Positions 60,566 through 64,000 of a DNA stretch of 64,000 nucleotides are shown here, piece by piece (within the stretch, counting starts at the first letter, position 1; each line of letters opens with the position of its first letter). This DNA comes from Patescibacteria group bacterium (GTDB lineage: Bacteria; Patescibacteriota; Minisyncoccia; Phycocordibacterales; SBAW01), in NCBI GenBank assembly GCA_016176685.1, contig JACOWS010000002.1:94608-158607 (forward strand), written 5' to 3'. The translations under genes and the position numbers were made by a program. The notes under the pieces were generated by a model. It searched no databases. It was not told the DNA's origin and worked only from the letters and a program-made list of their open reading frames with translations.

Positions 60566-60600
60566 AACCTTAATCGTAACGACCGTTATAGCTAAGGTTA
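60566..60600. repeat. solo copy of the cassette-1 element (AACCTTAatcgtaaCGACCGTTatagcTAAGGTTA)
   Basis: 28/35 identical to 1266..1300. Lies in the pheT-gyrB intergenic region with no adjacent PaaX-like gene. Confidence 0.6.
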
Positions 60601-60621
60601 AAATGTTTTAAATAATTGATG

Positions 60622-62436
60622 CTAGCGGATATCAAGCCCTTGTGCCTGGAGAGCGGCGTGAACCCTTGCCATCGCCTCATTTGCCTCTGCTTCGGTCAAC
60701 GTCCTTTCAAACGACTGGAAGACAAGTCGAAACGCCAGCGACACTTTTCCCTCCCCGCCCGCCCGCCCGGAGTCGTCCGGGCGGGCGGGCTTCTCAAACC
60801 GATCAAAGAGATATACACGCACAGCAAGATGGCCCGCTTCCTTTGCGATGTGTTTTTCGATTTCCTCGATTTTTACTTCTCCTGTGGTCCAAAACGCAAT
60901 ATCACGGACGATGTACGGATAGCGTGAGTACGGCTGGTAGCGCCGCGCAGTCGAGAGCGGAAGACTCTCATACGCTGAGGCTTTCTCCGGCTGCAGTTCT
61001 TTTTCTGATACTCCTTCCTTTTCATTAGCGGTGCCGATCATTATTTTTTCCTCACCTTCTTTCCAGACCGTCCCGATTTCAAAAAGTTTTATTTCCTCGA
61101 GCCCGAGTAGATCTTTATTCGGTCTGTTTTTTTCAATAGCCGCCTGAAGCCCCGGGATCAGGCTCTCGCGCAGGTATGGACGCACGCTGTCTACTTTGTT
61201 TAAGACCGCATACTCGCCCGCCTCGGCAAAGACGCTGGTGTACACCTCGCTGTAACCTTGCGCAGCAAGCTCTTCGCGGACCCGCTCTGCGGTATAAAAA
61301 TTTGGGTTTACTGTTGCCCCCTCTGCATATACCGGCAAGGGAATTTCCGGAATCTTGTCGTACCCAACTATCCTCCCCACCTCTTCCACGAGGTCCTCGG
61401 CAATTTCAATATCTAGTCGCTCAAACGGCACCACCACCTCGAACTTCCCCCCTTCTTCTTTGTAGTTAAAACTTAATCGAGAAAAGACATCTGCAACCTC
61501 CGCACCTGTGAGCTTTGTCCCAAGGACGTTGTTTACTTTATCTACCGAAATCTCGACTCTTTTTTCTTTCTGGGGTGCGGGGTACACATCCACAAACCCT
61601 TCCGCCGCTCCGCCGGACAACTCTACAATAAGTTTTGCCGCCTGGCGCATACCATACCCCGCAAGTTCCGGTGAAAGTCCTTGCTCAAAGCGTATTGAGG
61701 CATCAGTGCGCAGTTTAAGGAGCTGTGAGCTTTTGCGGACAGAAAAACTGTTGAAGTTAGCCGCCTCTATGACGATGTTTTGCGTCGTCTCGTCTATCCT
61801 ATCGGCCATGCCACCCTTAATGCCTGCTATTCCCACCGGGCGGTCTGCGGCGGTAATAACCAATGTGGAGCCTCCAAGCTCGTACTCTTTTTCGTCGAGT
61901 GCTTTGAGTACCTCGCCTTGCCGCGCGAGGCGCACGCCTATGGCGCTGCTCCCGAGCCGCCCCGCGTCAAAAGCGTGCAGGGGCTGGCCCAGGTTAAACA
62001 TCACAAAATTGGTTGCGTCGACAATGTTATTTATAGCGTGCTGACCCATGGCCGTAAGGCTCTTTTGAAGCCACTCGGGCGAAGGGCCGACCCTTACCCC
62101 CGTGATATATCCCGCCAGATAACGCGGGCACAAGGCCGCATCTTCCACCACCACGGTTACCCGGTCTGTTTTCTTTGATATATCAAACCCGAGCGAAAAC
62201 GGGTCGCGGGTCATCGGGATTTTTAAAATGGCGGAAAGCTCCTTGGCTATGCCGCGGTGAGAGAGGCAGTCGTGCCCGCGGTTGGGGGTAATTTTTACGT
62301 CCAAGATATCGTCACCGTCTATATTTTCTATCCCATCTATCTCAAATGTGTGGAAGGTAAGTGCTTTCGCTAGTATGTCTGTAGACGGGAGTGTTTCATC
62401 AAAAAAATTCTGCAACCACTGGCGCGATATTTTCAT
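60622..62436 (-). CDS. pheT: phenylalanyl-tRNA synthetase beta subunit (shortened, 604 aa)
   Basis: N-terminus MKISRQWLQNF. B3/4, B5, catalytic-like and FDX-ACB domains recognisable. Confidence 0.9.
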   Translation of the reverse strand: MKISRQWLQNFFDETLPSTDILAKALTFHTFEIDGIENIDGDDILDVKITPNRGHDCLSHRGIAKELSAILKIPMTRDPFSLGFDISKKTDRVTVVVEDAALCPRYLAGYITGVRVGPSPEWLQKSLTAMGQHAINNIVDATNFVMFNLGQPLHAFDAGRLGSSAIGVRLARQGEVLKALDEKEYELGGSTLVITAADRPVGIAGIKGGMADRIDETTQNIVIEAANFNSFSVRKSSQLLKLRTDASIRFEQGLSPELAGYGMRQAAKLIVELSGGAAEGFVDVYPAPQKEKRVEISVDKVNNVLGTKLTGAEVADVFSRLSFNYKEEGGKFEVVVPFERLDIEIAEDLVEEVGRIVGYDKIPEIPLPVYAEGATVNPNFYTAERVREELAAQGYSEVYTSVFAEAGEYAVLNKVDSVRPYLRESLIPGLQAAIEKNRPNKDLLGLEEIKLFEIGTVWKEGEEKIMIGTANEKEGVSEKELQPEKASAYESLPLSTARRYQPYSRYPYIVRDIAFWTTGEVKIEEIEKHIAKEAGHLAVRVYLFDRFEKPARPDDSGRAGGEGKVSLAFRLVFQSFERTLTEAEANEAMARVHAALQAQGLDIR

Positions 62437-62439
62437 AAC

Positions 62440-63225
62440 CTAAAATTGATTTACAAAACGCAGGTCTGCCGAGTGCATAAGCCGCACATCGTCTATCCCC
62501 CATCGCAGCATAGCCAAGCGGTCGAGTCCCATGCCAAATGCAAAACCCTGAAATGTGGTATGGTCCACACCCGCGTTTTTGAGGACTTGTGGATGAACCA
62601 TACCGGCGCCCATCATCTCTATCCACTTGTCCCGCAGTTTTTCCGGCACCTGCTTGCCCACCAAGCGCGCGTCTACCTCTACCCCCGGCTCGACAAACGG
62701 AAAGTAGCTTGGGCGAAAGCGGACTTCGACCGACGCTCCCTTAAATATCTCTTGGTAAAAGCGCGCCAGCGTGTCCTTGAGGTGTGCGAGCGAAATATCT
62801 TTGCCCACGCAGAGCCCCTCGAGTTGGTAAAACTCGGCCTCGTGGGTCATGTCGGTCGCCTCGTTGCGAAACACCTTGCCCGGGACAATGATGCGGTACG
62901 GCGGCGGAATACCCTTTTGTATTTGCTCTTCCATATAGCGGATTTGTACGTTGCTGGTGTGTGTGCGCAACACCATGCCCGGAGAGTCTTTAATAAAAAA
63001 GGTGTCCTGCATGTCGCGCGCGGGGTGGTCTTTGGGGACGTTGAGCGCATCAAAATTGTGCCACTCGTCTTCCAAGAGCGGCCCCTCTGCAAAAGAAAAA
63101 CCCATGCGATAAAAAATGTCGTTTGCCTCCCGGATAAGGAGCGAGAGCGGGTGTATGTGTCCCCTCGACTGCGCTTTGGATAAACCTACATTGATATCCA
63201 TAGAAGTAGAACAATTATGGCTCAA
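62440..63225 (-). CDS. pheS: phenylalanyl-tRNA synthetase alpha subunit catalytic core (no N-terminal coiled coil)
   Basis: Class II motifs HPL...FSFAEGP, FRNEA, GAGMVHP, GFAFGMGLDRLAML. Start at 63225 or 63201 (MDINV). Confidence 0.85.
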   Translation of the reverse strand: MSHNCSTSMDINVGLSKAQSRGHIHPLSLLIREANDIFYRMGFSFAEGPLLEDEWHNFDALNVPKDHPARDMQDTFFIKDSPGMVLRTHTSNVQIRYMEEQIQKGIPPPYRIIVPGKVFRNEATDMTHEAEFYQLEGLCVGKDISLAHLKDTLARFYQEIFKGASVEVRFRPSYFPFVEPGVEVDARLVGKQVPEKLRDKWIEMMGAGMVHPQVLKNAGVDHTTFQGFAFGMGLDRLAMLRWGIDDVRLMHSADLRFVNQF

Positions 63226-63253
63226 AAGCGTCTAAAATGCTATAGTTCCTGCC

Positions 63254-64000
63254 ATGGATCTAGGGGCCCTTGGTGTATATGCATGCCTTTTTATGGGCCT
63301 CTACTTCGAGGTGTTTTTGCTGATCAGTTTTTTTGAAAAACGCCCGAGTCAAAAGACCGCTCACGGGCCGCGCCGCTTCCCCGCTGTTTCTATCATTGTG
63401 CCCTGTTATAACGAAGAGCGAACTATTGCAGCAACCGTGCAATCGCTCTTGGCGCTTGAGTATCAAAAAAAAAAACTCAATATTGTGGTGGTGGACGAGA
63501 AGGTGTATAGGCCGCGCAATCTTCTTGAACACATGCAGGCGGTTGAGTATATCTTTGGCGTCTTTTTTAAAAAAATGTTCGACAATCTCGCCTCTATAAG
63601 CGTTTTGCCGGGACCATTTTCGCTCTATCGGCGGGAGGTGTTTCAGAAGGTGGGGACCTTCCGACATGCGCACAATACGGAAGATATGGAAATGGCCTTT
63701 CGCATGCATGCACACGGGCTTAAAATCGCAAATGCGCACACGGCGTATGTCCATACCACGGTACCCAAGACACTACGCACATTGCTTACCCAGCGGGTGC
63801 GCTGGTCGCAGGGGTACCTGCAAAATTCACTAGATTATCGGTACATGTACGGTAACCTGCGCTTCGGGCATTTTGGTATGTTTACGCTCCCGTTTGGGCT
63901 CGCGGCGTTTGCGGCCGGGCTCTACCTAGCGGGCTATATGCTCTACCACGTGGCGACAACCCTTGGGGCCCGCACGCTTACCTTGTGGGCAACCGGCATA
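63254..64000 (+). CDS. membrane GT2 glycosyltransferase (processive type, QxxRW), partial, runs off window end
   Basis: Not in the ORF track (no stop inside window). Translated by hand as MDLGALGVYACLFMGLYFEVFLLISFF...SIIVPCYNEE...NIVVVDE...QRVRWSQGYLQN...(TM helices). Contains an A11 homopolymer at 63465..63475. Confidence 0.65.
   Translation, partial: MDLGALGVYACLFMGLYFEVFLLISFFEKRPSQKTAHGPRRFPAVSIIVPCYNEERTIAATVQSLLALEYQKKKLNIVVVDEKVYRPRNLLEHMQAVEYIFGVFFKKMFDNLASISVLPGPFSLYRREVFQKVGTFRHAHNTEDMEMAFRMHAHGLKIANAHTAYVHTTVPKTLRTLLTQRVRWSQGYLQNSLDYRYMYGNLRFGHFGMFTLPFGLAAFAAGLYLAGYMLYHVATTLGARTLTLWATGI

Noticed and set aside
63260-63754. 164-aa minus-strand ORF
   Set aside because: The opposite-strand reading frame from 63254 encodes a convincing GT2 (CYNEE, QRVRWSQG, TM helices) that the ORF track missed because it has no stop inside the window.

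Overview
Gene-dense 64-kb window, coding on both strands, mid-to-high GC by eye, with a sharper GC-rich patch near 55.4-56.5 kb. Housekeeping genes are dnaG-rpoD, a single 2292-aa fused rpoB-rpoC ORF, rpsP-KH-trmD, RNase R, rnc-smc, a NusB-NUDIX fusion, rpmF, rnhB, dnaE, gyrB, and hisS/thrS/pheST (ThrRS, PheS, PheT and SMC are N-truncated or shortened). Accessory/envelope content: GT2/GT4/PAP2/DedA/SMS-like lipid-glycan genes; a mannoside cluster (manC split by a frameshift, a standalone PMI-type cupin, three GH130 phosphorylase domains, a eukaryote-type HAD phosphomannomutase); an ica/pga-like GT2-CE4-GH cluster; a 9-kb array of secreted repeat proteins with peptidoglycan-binding and RTX-like repeat domains; and a sortase operon with a Tyr/Ser/Pro heptad-like secreted protein. 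Most unusual: three dispersed copies of a ~195-aa winged-HTH + Cas2-fold (PaaX-like) gene, each bracketed within a few nt of its start and stop codons by its own matched pair of 35-40-nt direct repeats with terminal inverted repeats, plus one solo repeat near gyrB. A second homologous ~48-nt palindromic element forms long stem-loops at two convergent gene junctions. No rRNA, tRNA or CRISPR array was found by eye. Lineage guess (inference only): a small-genome Gram-positive-type bacterium, possibly CPR/Patescibacteria-like. Coordinates of features I derived myself (repeats, promoters, terminators, small ORF) are approximate to a few nt.
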